Source of the DNA: Nannocystis bainbridge
GTDB taxonomy: Bacteria; Myxococcota_A; Polyangia; Nannocystales; Nannocystaceae
Direction of reading: 5' to 3'
NCBI RefSeq assembly: GCF_028368995.1
Contig: NZ_JAQNDL010000001.1
Location: forward strand, 3,648,001-3,712,000
DNA: 64,000 bases
Positions 10,788 to 19,926 of the stretch are shown in pieces. The position numbers and the translations under genes are program-made. Below the pieces are notes generated by a model that was not told the origin of the DNA, did no database searches, and saw only the letters and a program-made list of their open reading frames with translations. Each line of letters starts with the position of its first letter. The first letter of the stretch is position 1.

Positions 10788-11741
10788 TCATGCTGCACGT
10801 GGCCGGCGGTAGCGCTCGGCGGCCACCGCGTCGACGAACTCGCCGAGCAGGTCGAGCGCCGAGCCGACCGGGAACAGCGCGGCGATCTCGGCGTGGACCG
10901 TGCGCCGCGCCGCCTCCATCGCCCCGACGCTGGCGCGCACCGCCGGGCCGGCCAGCAGCAGCTTGCGGATCGCCCCGAGGCTGGCCGGCAGCTCGGCGCG
11001 CAGCCGGGTCAGCTCGGCGCGCTCGGCCACGCTGGCGCGCGCGGTGAAGCAGACCAGCGGGAAGCTGAGCGTGCCGCGCTCGAGGTCGCGGCTGCGCGGC
11101 GCGGCCAGGAGATCGTGGAGGTCCTCGGCGATCCGGCCCACCTCGGCGGTGGCCTCGCCGATCCGGCAATAGGCCGCGACGCGCTCGGGCTCACAGCCGG
11201 CGGCGATCGCCGCCAGCTCGGCCGACAGCGCCGACACCGAGGCCCTGTCGGCGTGGTGCTGGCGCGCTCCGGCCTCGTCATGGGCGATCGTGCCGCCGAG
11301 ATCGCGGTGCCGGGCCGCGACCGCGCGCAGCGAGTGGCGCTGCAGCGACCGCCGCGCGGCCTCGGCCCGACCCGCAGGGACCGCCCCGGCGATCATGTCG
11401 ACGGCCACCATGTGCAGCGCCAGGCCGGCGTTGTCGACCAGCGCCGCGCGCCGGCGATCGCTGGCGGCCGCCGGGCCGGAGCCGTCGTCGAACAGCTGCA
11501 GCGCCATGTCATAAAGGGTGCAGCCGGCCGCGAGGTCGACGTTGGCCTTGCCGCACTCGGACAGCCCGACCAGCAGCGGCAGCGCCGCGGGGTCGGCCAT
11601 CAGGCTGGACTTCTTTGCTCGCATGCGGGCGAAGAACGCCAACAACAGCTCGCTCTGGGCCGAATCGAGCAACGGGTCGCGGACGACGTCGTCGCACTCG
11701 TGGTGGGCGGCGGTGACGGCGATGGCGAGCGTTTCATGCAT
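10788..11741 (-). CDS. Degenerate class I isoprenoid-synthase-fold protein (polyprenyl synthase/ComQ-like)
   Basis: LFDD (eroded first Asp-rich motif) and IAEDLHDL...SRDL..G..SFP (second motif region); all-helical pattern. Confidence 0.6.
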   Translation of the reverse strand: MHETLAIAVTAAHHECDDVVRDPLLDSAQSELLLAFFARMRAKKSSLMADPAALPLLVGLSECGKANVDLAAGCTLYDMALQLFDDGSGPAAASDRRRAALVDNAGLALHMVAVDMIAGAVPAGRAEAARRSLQRHSLRAVAARHRDLGGTIAHDEAGARQHHADRASVSALSAELAAIAAGCEPERVAAYCRIGEATAEVGRIAEDLHDLLAAPRSRDLERGTLSFPLVCFTARASVAERAELTRLRAELPASLGAIRKLLLAGPAVRASVGAMEAARRTVHAEIAALFPVGSALDLLGEFVDAVAAERYRRPRAA

Positions 11742-12916
11742 GACGAAGATCTCAATGGTTAGAGTGCGAACGAACAAGGGAATGGCGAGCGCTTCGCCCC
11801 GACCGAGACCATCACAATGACCATGGCGCGGCGAGGCAGCGACTTTATTTCGGAATAGCAGAGTTCGTGTCGAAGCCAAGAGGCCGCCGATCCGCCGGCG
11901 GGGCGCGTGATGGGCTTCGGGGGCGGCAAGATGGCTGCCTCGGGCCCGGCGCTCGGGTCGCCGATTGCGGCCCGTAGATCGCGGGGAGGCTGTCTGCGGT
12001 AACGTCGCACCCGGGCATGGTCTCCCCTTCGTGTCGAAGGACGAGCTCCCGTCCTCGATGCCCGGGTAGCGTCGCCGACCGGCCTTAACGATCAACCCTT
12101 TCGCTGCGAGATGTCGCCGGCGTCGCCAGGCGCCACGTCGCCGAGGAGGCGCGAGAGGGCGATCACAAGTCGTCTCGCGCGCTGCGCCCGGCCCGCGAGC
12201 ACGTGCCTTCGCGCTCGAGGCATTCGTTGCGCCGTTGAAACTATGCACAGTGGGACCGCGCGGCGGAGGTTTCACGCGAGCGTCGACGCGCCCGCGAGAA
12301 AGCGCAAAAAAGCGGGCCAGGACGCGGGGGAGGGTGCGTCCTGGCCCGGGGGTGGGGAAGGCAACGTGTGACGGTGGAGCGGGTGCAGCGGCCCGGCCGC
12401 CGGGCATGTCCTTTCGCAGGGAGCTCTCGCCGGTGACCGCCGCGCCTCGGTGCATCCCGGGCCGCGTCGTCCCTCGGCTCTCCGGTAGTGTCGCCACCTC
12501 GCCTTTCGGGTTAATCGCGTCGATGCATATTGCGAGGATGCAGACGGTGAGACAGCAGCAGATACGCGAATCACCGGAGAACCCGACGCGCCGAGCGCCA
12601 CGGACATGTACGTCCGCGGCGCTCGCGGTGCCACGATTCGCGGGTGACGCAGGGGCGCAGCCGACTAAGGGATGCATCGCGGGTGCTCCTCAGCCAGGTG
12701 ACCGAAGGGCGCCGAACAATTTCTCGCAGCGCCGAATTCTCGATCACCCGCCGGTGCGCCGCCTCCGCGCGCGGCCGGCCGCGGAGGCCCCATCGTCACC
12801 GTCCACGAGGTCGGCCAGGACGACGGCCAGGTGCCCGTGGCGACGGCGCTCGTCCGCGGCGCCGCCCTCGACGCGTGGGCCCGTGACGGCCGTGGCGCGA
12901 GGTCGCCCGCCCTCGG

Positions 12917-13222
12917 CTAATCATCGAGGCGTTCGCCGAAGCAGGAATCCGCGAGGTCGTAGCCGTACTTGTGGCAGTACTTCATGGCCTTCTTCTCGCA
13001 CCATTCCCTGGAGTAGTCTTCTGGATCGATGGCCCCGCTCACGCGATTGTAGGCATCCCTGCCCTCGCATTTGGCCAGGCAATACGTCGCCAACTCCTCC
13101 TCCTCCTCTTCCTCCTCGCCGTGGCCGCTGGCGCCGCACTCGTAGTCGCGGGGGACCGTGTCGTTTTGGGGGGAGGCGAGGAAGAGCACAGTCATGAGCA
13201 ACATCTGGGACTGGATCAGCAT
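12917..13222 (-). CDS. Small secreted Cys-rich peptide with acidic pro-like region
   Basis: Signal-like MLIQSQMLLMTVLFLAS, poly-Glu run, 6 Cys; gagga RBS; lower GC. Confidence 0.65.
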   Translation of the reverse strand: MLIQSQMLLMTVLFLASPQNDTVPRDYECGASGHGEEEEEEEELATYCLAKCEGRDAYNRVSGAIDPEDYSREWCEKKAMKYCHKYGYDLADSCFGERLDD

Positions 13223-13573
13223 TTTTTCCTCTTTTCCGATCGGCGTATCGATATACGCCGACGTGACGAAAACATAATCGCGTTCCTCGTGATTTCCAGC
13301 GGGCAACAGGAGCATTTTCTACCCGTCGGCCTGGCCGAAGAGGAGGTCGCGTCCGCTTGCGACAGCCCTACGCGGATCCGAGATGTCGTGCCATCGATCG
13401 CGCGTCCGCCGGGCTGATGCCGCCGAGGTCGTCGGTATCGATGGCGAAGGCAGCCTCATGGACCTGGGCAAGCACGGCTGTCATGCCCTCCGCCGTGGCT
13501 GGCGCCGCGGGCAGGAAGCGCACGTCGACGCCGCATTCCGCGAATGCGCTGTCGGTGACCGGGTGGAGCTCGA

Positions 13574-13642
13574 CACCTCCTCGCAGTCGCGGTCCCTGTC
13601 GGCCCCGCGATTGCGCTGGCACATAGCGAGGTCGCGGCGCTC
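13574..13642 (-). repeat. Degenerate 69-bp copy of the sterol-reductase near-3' end (14716-14784)
   Basis: 61/69 identical; reads ERRDLAMCQRNRGADRDRDCEEV versus ERRDHAMCQRKYGADWDRYCEKV. Confidence 0.85.
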
Positions 13643-13646
13643 GGTC

Positions 13647-14663
13647 TCACGCCACCGCGAGCAGGGCCTGCAAGATCGCCTGCGAGCGGCGCTGGCCGTA
13701 GCCGCGCCCGTAGGCGCGGCTCGTGATGGCGACCACCACGTCCAGCGCCGGCACCACGTAGATCTTGTTGCCGCCGTTGCCCGAGGCGAAGAGCACGCGC
13801 ACCGGCCCGCCGCGCGCTGCGTGCGTGGCGTGGTACCAGTAGAGACCGTAGTGCGAGGCGAAGGGATCGGTGTCGCCGATGGCGAAGGCCGGTCGCTGCG
13901 TGCCCTCGATCCACTCGCGGCCCAGCACGCGCGTTTCGCCGTGTCGGCCGCCGTCCGCCAGCAGACGGCCGATGCGGAGCAAGTCGTGCACTGCGAGCGA
14001 GAGGTTGCCCTGGCCCTTCACGTTGCCGGCCGCGTCGCGGGCCCAATGCCAGCGCGTGATGCCGAGCGGCGCGAACAGGGCGTCGCGGGCGAAGGCTTCG
14101 AGGTCCTGACCGCAGGCCTGCTGCACGACGAGGCCGGCGACGTAGGCGGCCAGCGAGTTGTAGCGGTAGTGCAGGCCCGGCGCCGTGGCTCGCGGCACCG
14201 ACCAGGCGAAGGCCACCGGATCGGGCGCGGCGTCCATGAGATCCTCGCGGCCGGGCGAGGCGGGATCCTCGTCGTCGGCGTCGACGCCGCTGCGCATGTC
14301 GAGCAGGTCGCGCAGCGGCACGTCGGCGAAGGCGCTGCCGCGCGCGGCCGGGAGGTAGCGCTGCACGGGATCGGCGAGATCGCGCAACATGCCGCGATCG
14401 AAGGCCGCGCCGGCCAGCAGCGAGGTGATGCTCTTGCCGGCGGAGCGCACGTCGTGCAGCTCGTCGGCGCGCGCGCCGTTGTAGGTGCGCGACGCGACCC
14501 GTCGCCCGCCGCGGTCCACGCTGACGGCGCGCAGGTCGGCGTGTTCGTCGTGGTCGAAGCCGGCGAGCACGTCGTCGAACCCGTCCGCGGCGCGCGGCGG
14601 ATTCGAGAGCGCCGGGGTGCAGGCGACCAGCGGCAGGGCGCGGAGCAGGTCACGGCGGCGCAT
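13647..14663 (-). CDS. Serine hydrolase, beta-lactamase family; Tat-lipoprotein
   Basis: MRRRDLL...LVAC signal; SAGK (SxxK), YRYNS, ASGNGG. Confidence 0.88.
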   Translation of the reverse strand: MRRRDLLRALPLVACTPALSNPPRAADGFDDVLAGFDHDEHADLRAVSVDRGGRRVASRTYNGARADELHDVRSAGKSITSLLAGAAFDRGMLRDLADPVQRYLPAARGSAFADVPLRDLLDMRSGVDADDEDPASPGREDLMDAAPDPVAFAWSVPRATAPGLHYRYNSLAAYVAGLVVQQACGQDLEAFARDALFAPLGITRWHWARDAAGNVKGQGNLSLAVHDLLRIGRLLADGGRHGETRVLGREWIEGTQRPAFAIGDTDPFASHYGLYWYHATHAARGGPVRVLFASGNGGNKIYVVPALDVVVAITSRAYGRGYGQRRSQAILQALLAVA

Positions 14664-14685
14664 GGGCATCGGCGTCGAGGGGTCG

Positions 14686-15954
14686 TCAGTAGACGAACGG
14701 CACGATGCGGTACGGCACCTTCTCGCAGTAGCGGTCCCAGTCGGCCCCGTACTTGCGCTGGCACATCGCGTGGTCGCGGCGCTCACGGTTGAGCAGCAGC
14801 GGCGCGAAGTAGAAGAAGTAGAAGTACGGCACGAGGCTGCCGCTGCCGCACGCCATGCACCACGCCAGCGCCATCATGAGGTCGCCCATGTAGTTGGCGT
14901 GGCGCGCGAGGCCCCACCAGCCCGACAGCAGCAGCTTGCTGCCGCGCGCGGTCTCCATGGCGACCGGGACCTCGCCCCAGATCGGTCGCCGGGGGTCGCG
15001 GCGGAACCGCAGCTTCTGCAGGTTCGAGTCGCGGAACACGTAGTAACCGGCGAAGTTGAAGATGATGATCGCGGCCGCGGCGACCACCGACAGCTCGGGC
15101 CGCGCCTCGAGCACGTACTGCTGCTGCAGCGTGAAGTTGAACGGCATCCACGCGAGGAACGCGAACCACAGCATGAAGCCGAGGTTCTCCTCGATGATGT
15201 CGAGCGTCGCCAGCAGGTTCGACTCGAACACGAAGAACTCGAAGATGTAGAACAGCTGGCACAGGCTGACGACCAGCATCGCCGTCGAGAGCGACCCGTG
15301 CGCCTGCAGCTCGGCCGCCGGCATGAGGATGGCGAACAGCCCCCACGTGCCCATGCCGATGCGCGACTCGAAGAAGAACTTGACGTCGTGACGACCGACC
15401 CGCGGGTTGAGCATCGCGCCCATGTAGAAGTCGTAGATCCCCACCCCGGAGCTGCGCTCGAGGTGCGCCCGCCGCCGGCCCGCCGCGTAGGTGAGCGCCG
15501 CGCCGGCGAACGCAAACACGACCGAGATCGTCAGCAGCGGCCCGAGCTGCGCCAGCACGGCCGCCGGCGAGACGATGTCGGCGGCGATGCCCGCGACCAG
15601 CAGCGCCATCGTCAGGCCGAACGCGACCAGCCCGTTGAGGCGGTACTCGGCCTGCTCGCCGTGCGCGGTCCGCCGCCCCTGCACCACGCGGCCCGGCACC
15701 ACCACGTAGAGCAGCGCCTGCAGCCCGAGCCAGCCGGTGAACATCGCCGCGGCCTCCCAGGTCGGCGCCGGGATCATCGCCAGCAGCTCGGCGAGCGAGC
15801 CCGGCAACCACAGCGAGCCGCCGTGCTGGGCCACCGCCGACCACAGATAAAACGTGATCGTCGGCATCAGGATCGTCAGCGCGAGCGCGCCCCCCGGGCC
15901 GCCGAATTGGTCGGGGCGGGTCCTGTTGTTGGTCGTCTCCGCGTCGCCGGTCAT
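14686..15954 (-). CDS. ERG4/ERG24/LBR-family sterol reductase (probably Delta14)
   Basis: FGGPGG, YRLNG, DFYMGAMLNPR, LLLSGWWGLARHANYMGD, RERRD..C..KYG.DW..YC..VPYRI. Confidence 0.92.
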   Translation of the reverse strand: MTGDAETTNNRTRPDQFGGPGGALALTILMPTITFYLWSAVAQHGGSLWLPGSLAELLAMIPAPTWEAAAMFTGWLGLQALLYVVVPGRVVQGRRTAHGEQAEYRLNGLVAFGLTMALLVAGIAADIVSPAAVLAQLGPLLTISVVFAFAGAALTYAAGRRRAHLERSSGVGIYDFYMGAMLNPRVGRHDVKFFFESRIGMGTWGLFAILMPAAELQAHGSLSTAMLVVSLCQLFYIFEFFVFESNLLATLDIIEENLGFMLWFAFLAWMPFNFTLQQQYVLEARPELSVVAAAAIIIFNFAGYYVFRDSNLQKLRFRRDPRRPIWGEVPVAMETARGSKLLLSGWWGLARHANYMGDLMMALAWCMACGSGSLVPYFYFFYFAPLLLNRERRDHAMCQRKYGADWDRYCEKVPYRIVPFVY

Positions 15955-16177
15955 CGGCCGCGACGATAGAGGCGCCGCTCGCCGATCTCCAGCCCGGCCG
16001 CAGCCCCACGCGCGCCCGCGCCGTGACGCTCGCGCGGTCCAACGCCCGCGCAAGGCCTCCTGGCGCCCCTCCCCGGCCTCGTTGCAGCGAACGCGTCGTG
16101 ATCCCGAGCACGACACCCGCGGATACAGATCTCCCCGCGCCGTGCCGCGTCACCCGCGATGCGCGCGACCTGGCCCC

Positions 16178-16281
16178 GCGTCTTCGGTGCCGCTCCGAGG
16201 CTCGACGCCTCCGCCCCGTGCATCACGCCAGAACGCACCCCGCCGGGCGCCTTCGGTGCCGCCCCGAGACCCGAGCCTCCG
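16178..16281. repeat. Two-copy imperfect direct repeat (~35 bp, 69-bp period)
   Basis: cttcggtgccgc(t/c)ccgag at 16182 and 16251. Confidence 0.6.
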
Positions 16282-16312
16282 AGCGACCTCACCCCGCGCC
16301 GCAGCACTTTCA

Positions 16313-16372
16313 GACATGTCCTTTACAACATGCCCTGATCGCCATGTCCTTATCGACATGTCTGATCCGGCA
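16313..16372. repeat. 14-bp-phased palindrome array (4 units) downstream of nudC
   Basis: gaca-tgtc-ctttac-aaca-tgcc-ctgatc-gcca-tgtc-cttatc-gaca-tgtc-tgatcc-ggca. Confidence 0.85.
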
Positions 16373-16387
16373 TACGCACCCGCCGCT

Positions 16388-17338
16388 TCAGCCGCGGGCC
16401 AGCGTCGTCAGCTCGAGCCCGGCCGTCTCGCGCAGCCAGTGCTCGATCAGCCGGAACGACACCGACAGCGGCGGCGGCAGCACCAGCGAGCCGTCGGCCA
16501 GCGAGCCCACGATCTCGTCGGCCGTGAACCACCGGGCCGCCTCGAGCTCCGGGCCCACCTGCAGCTCCGGGCCCTGCGCCTCCGCGGTGAAGCCCAGCAT
16601 CAGCGACGCCGGGAACGGCCACGGCTGCGACGAGTGGTAATCGCACTCGGCCACCGTCACCCCGCTCTCCTCGAACACCTCGCGGCGGACCGCGTCCTCG
16701 AGCGTCTCGCCTGGCTCGACGAACCCTGCCAGCGTCGAGAAGCGGCCTGGCGGCCAGCTGGCCTGGCGGCCGAGCAGGCACGCGTCGCCCCAGCCGACGA
16801 TGACGATGATCGCCGGGTCGGTGCGCGGGAAGTGTTCGATGCGGCAGGCCGGATTGGTGCAGCGGGCCCGGTGCCCCGCCGACACGAAGATCGTCGGCGA
16901 ACCGCACGCGCCGCAGAAGCGGGCTCGCGTCTGCCAGTGGAGCAGCCCGCGGGCGTACGCGAACAGCCCGGCGTCGAAGGCCGGCAGCGCCAGCCCGGCC
17001 GCGCGCAGGTCCATCCATTGCCCGCCGAGCTCGCGCGCCAGCGGCTCCTCGTCGTCGCCGGCGTGGGCCACCGCGAAGTGGGCCACCTGCTCCGCCTCGC
17101 CCAGATAGAACAGCGGCGCCGTCGCCAGCCACGCCGCCCGCTCCGCCTCGGCCAGCAGGCGCAGCCCGCGGCGCGTCGCGTCGACCAGCGCCTTGCCGTC
17201 CGGGCGCACCACCGCGTATCGCGTCGTCTCGGCCGTCCTGCGCGTCTCGATCCACCCCGCGTCGTCGCGGCGCTCGCTCGCGCGGTCGAGCGCCAGCGCG
17301 GCGAACACATTGTTGCGGCTGCGGGTGCTGGTCGCCAT
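16388..17338 (-). CDS. nudC: NADH pyrophosphatase / NAD-cap decapping enzyme
   Basis: Zn ribbon FCGACG...C..C, Nudix box GFVEPGETLEDAVRREVFEESG, SQPWPFPASLM. Confidence 0.95.
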   Translation of the reverse strand: MATSTRSRNNVFAALALDRASERRDDAGWIETRRTAETTRYAVVRPDGKALVDATRRGLRLLAEAERAAWLATAPLFYLGEAEQVAHFAVAHAGDDEEPLARELGGQWMDLRAAGLALPAFDAGLFAYARGLLHWQTRARFCGACGSPTIFVSAGHRARCTNPACRIEHFPRTDPAIIVIVGWGDACLLGRQASWPPGRFSTLAGFVEPGETLEDAVRREVFEESGVTVAECDYHSSQPWPFPASLMLGFTAEAQGPELQVGPELEAARWFTADEIVGSLADGSLVLPPPLSVSFRLIEHWLRETAGLELTTLARG

Positions 17339-17708
17339 CGTCAGAGTTCCTCCTGCGCCCGTCGGCGTGGGCGAGCGCGGCCGGGGCCTGGGCGGGGACG
17401 CGGGAGCATCGGCGGCGGGCAGCATGCCGCGTCCGTCCGCCCCGCGCCAGCGGCCCTGGCGACCGCCGCCACGCCAGGCCATGCACGCCACCGATCGGCC
17501 GCCCGCCTCGCCCCGCGGTGACCCCGCGAGCGTCCGCGCATTCACATCACATGTCTCTCGGGACATCTACCCAATCGCCGCCGCGAATCACGGTTGCGTC
17601 CCCGGATTAGGGGTTCCTCGCCCGCAGAGGTGTCGGCGAACGACCCCTGAACAAAAGACTAGCTGTGGCGCGCGGTATCGCGTACAAGGAGCGCGGAGAC
17701 ACCCCCTC

Positions 17709-18344
17709 ATGTCCATCACGTTTTACTACAACCCCATGTCCTCGGCCTCTCGCGTCCAGCTCACCCTCGCGGAGCTCGACATCCCCCACGAGAAGGTCTT
17801 CGTCGACCTGCAGGCGAAGGACCAGCGCAAGCCCGAGTTCCTCAAGCTCAACCCCAACGGCAAGATCCCCACGATCGTCGTCGACGGCCAGCCGATGTTC
17901 GAGTCGATCGCCATCCAGATCTACCTGGGCGAGCGCTACGGCGTCGAGCGCGGCCTGTGGCCGGCCGTCGGCTCACGCGAGCACATGCAAGCCCTGACCT
18001 GGCTGTGCTGGGCCCAGGTCTCGCTCGGCACCCCGCTCTTCACGTACATGCACAACGCCAGCGAGCAGGTCCCTGCCGAGGCGCGCAACGCCGTGCAGGC
18101 CGAGCGGGCGCTGGCCGAGCTGCACGAGGCCCTGGCGATCCTCGACGCCCGCCTCGGCGAGACCGGCAACATCGTCCACGACAAGTGGACCCTCGTCGAC
18201 GCCGACGTGTCGAGCGTGCTCGGATGGGGCCTCTACATGATCAAGCTCGACGCCTCCAAGTACACCCATCTCACTGCCTGGCTGGAGCGCGCGGACAGCC
18301 GCCCCGCCGCCCGCGCCCTGAGGGAAGCCCACCAGCAGGCCTGA
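17709..18344 (+). CDS. Glutathione S-transferase family protein
   Basis: LNPNGKIPT, FESIAI, C-terminal TLVDA N-cap. Confidence 0.92.
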   Translation: MSITFYYNPMSSASRVQLTLAELDIPHEKVFVDLQAKDQRKPEFLKLNPNGKIPTIVVDGQPMFESIAIQIYLGERYGVERGLWPAVGSREHMQALTWLCWAQVSLGTPLFTYMHNASEQVPAEARNAVQAERALAELHEALAILDARLGETGNIVHDKWTLVDADVSSVLGWGLYMIKLDASKYTHLTAWLERADSRPAARALREAHQQA

Positions 18345-18507
18345 TCGCGCCCCGCGGGCGTGATTCGCGGTGGCACGATTGTCGCCACCGCACGGCCGCC
18401 CTGGTCTCGGCCGAGTCTGCGAATGGCGAGACGACCCGAGGCTTCGCGCGTCAATCGCGACACCACCCCGCGGACAGCGGGGTGGCGCGAAGCTCTTCGC
18501 GCTCGGC

Positions 18508-19362
18508 TCAAGCCTGCCGACGCCGCCAGGCCAGCAAGCCCAGCCCCATCAGCGCCAGCCCGCCCGCGGGCGAGCCCCCGTTGGCGTTGCACTCGCAGCC
18601 GACCTCGCCCTCCGCGTGGCAGGTGTTGCCCTTGCACTCGGCGCTGCCCTCCGCGTACACCTCGATGTCGAGCAACGCCTTGAGCGCGTCGACGCAGGCG
18701 TCGAGCTGCCCGCCGACGTCGACGAACTGCCCGTCGCAGAACAGCGCGCCCTCGGGCCGCTGGCAGTGCAGCTTGCAGCCGCCCTCGAGGTCGGCCCGGC
18801 AGTTGACGTAGCCGCTGGCCTGGCAATCGATCTGGCAGTCGATGTTGGCCTGCGCGTCGCACGAGCCGGTGCACGACGCCTGGCACTTGGCCTCGCAGTC
18901 GACCTCCGGCGGGGTGACCTTGCACTGGCCGTCGCAGCCGGCCGAGCAGGTCGCCTCGCACGAGGCCTTGCACTCGCCCCCGTTCGCCGACGCCGAGCAT
19001 TTGCCGTCGCAGTTGGCGCTGCAGTCGGCCTGGCACTCGAGCTGGCAGTTGAACTCGCCCGGGTCCACGTCGCAATCGGCCCGGCACTCGCCCTCGCAGC
19101 TGCCGACACAATCGACGCTGGCCTCGGCGTTGCAATCACCCGCGCACTCGGCCCGCAGGTCCGCGGCGCAGGCGGCGGTCAAGCTGACCGGCTTGCACAT
19201 GCCCTCGCACACCGGGCCGACGTACACCGTACATTCGGCGCCGCCCTGCACGAAGATCTCGCCGCAGGGCGCCAGGCTGGAATCGGCCCGGACCTCGGCC
19301 GCGAGCAGCAGCGGGATCGCAAAGGCCAATGTATGGAGGAGGCTGGAGAAGGTGCGTCGCAT
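18508..19362 (-). CDS. Cys-rich (CxxxC-repeat) surface protein with MYXO-CTERM sorting tail
   Basis: Signal peptide; >30 Cys in CxxxC spacing; GCEC...LALMGLGLLAWRRR tail. Confidence 0.85.
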   Translation of the reverse strand: MRRTFSSLLHTLAFAIPLLLAAEVRADSSLAPCGEIFVQGGAECTVYVGPVCEGMCKPVSLTAACAADLRAECAGDCNAEASVDCVGSCEGECRADCDVDPGEFNCQLECQADCSANCDGKCSASANGGECKASCEATCSAGCDGQCKVTPPEVDCEAKCQASCTGSCDAQANIDCQIDCQASGYVNCRADLEGGCKLHCQRPEGALFCDGQFVDVGGQLDACVDALKALLDIEVYAEGSAECKGNTCHAEGEVGCECNANGGSPAGGLALMGLGLLAWRRRQA

Positions 19363-19926
19363 GTCGAGACCTCTGGGGGGCGACGTTGCCATTACACGCG
19401 ATCGCCGACGCGGCCAGCCCCGACGAGCACGCCGACGCCCCGGAGAGCGAGCCCAGCCGCGATGAAGCCAGCCAGGCGACGCTCGCGCTCGCCGCCCGGT
19501 CGATTCACCTCTGCGCATCGAAGGCCTCCGGCGAGCGGCCGAGCCCGGTCGCAGTGCCCGGATAGATGTCCGGCGCAATTCGCGTCTCACCGCCGAGGCA
19601 GCTCACGAATCGACCGCTCGCTGCAATTGCAACGAACATCCCCACCGACGCTACCCGGCATCACGACACCATCAGCCTCGCGCCCATCCTCTCCGTGCAG
19701 CGAAAGTTTTCGCGCCGGGCGCTCGCGCTCGTGCACCCTCCTGCGAACCCCGACCTCCGTCACCCGCTGCCGCGTGGCACCGCCCGATCTGCGCCCGCCT
19801 GCGCTCTCGCCATTCTATTCATTCCGGTCGCGCGCCACCGCGGAACTCGCCCTCACCGCGCCCATTCCCTGCCCTTTGCCCCCGGTTTGCGACGCCCGGA
19901 GCGGCGTGCCACGCTCCCCCTCCGTG

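Noticed and set aside
13368-13622. 84-aa minus-strand ORF
   Set aside because: Begins inside the degenerate duplicated segment in a different frame; no recognisable domain; at most a fragment
13574-14784. Possible DGR template/variable repeat pair
   Set aside because: Mismatches involve A, G and T rather than adenine only, and no reverse transcriptase is present
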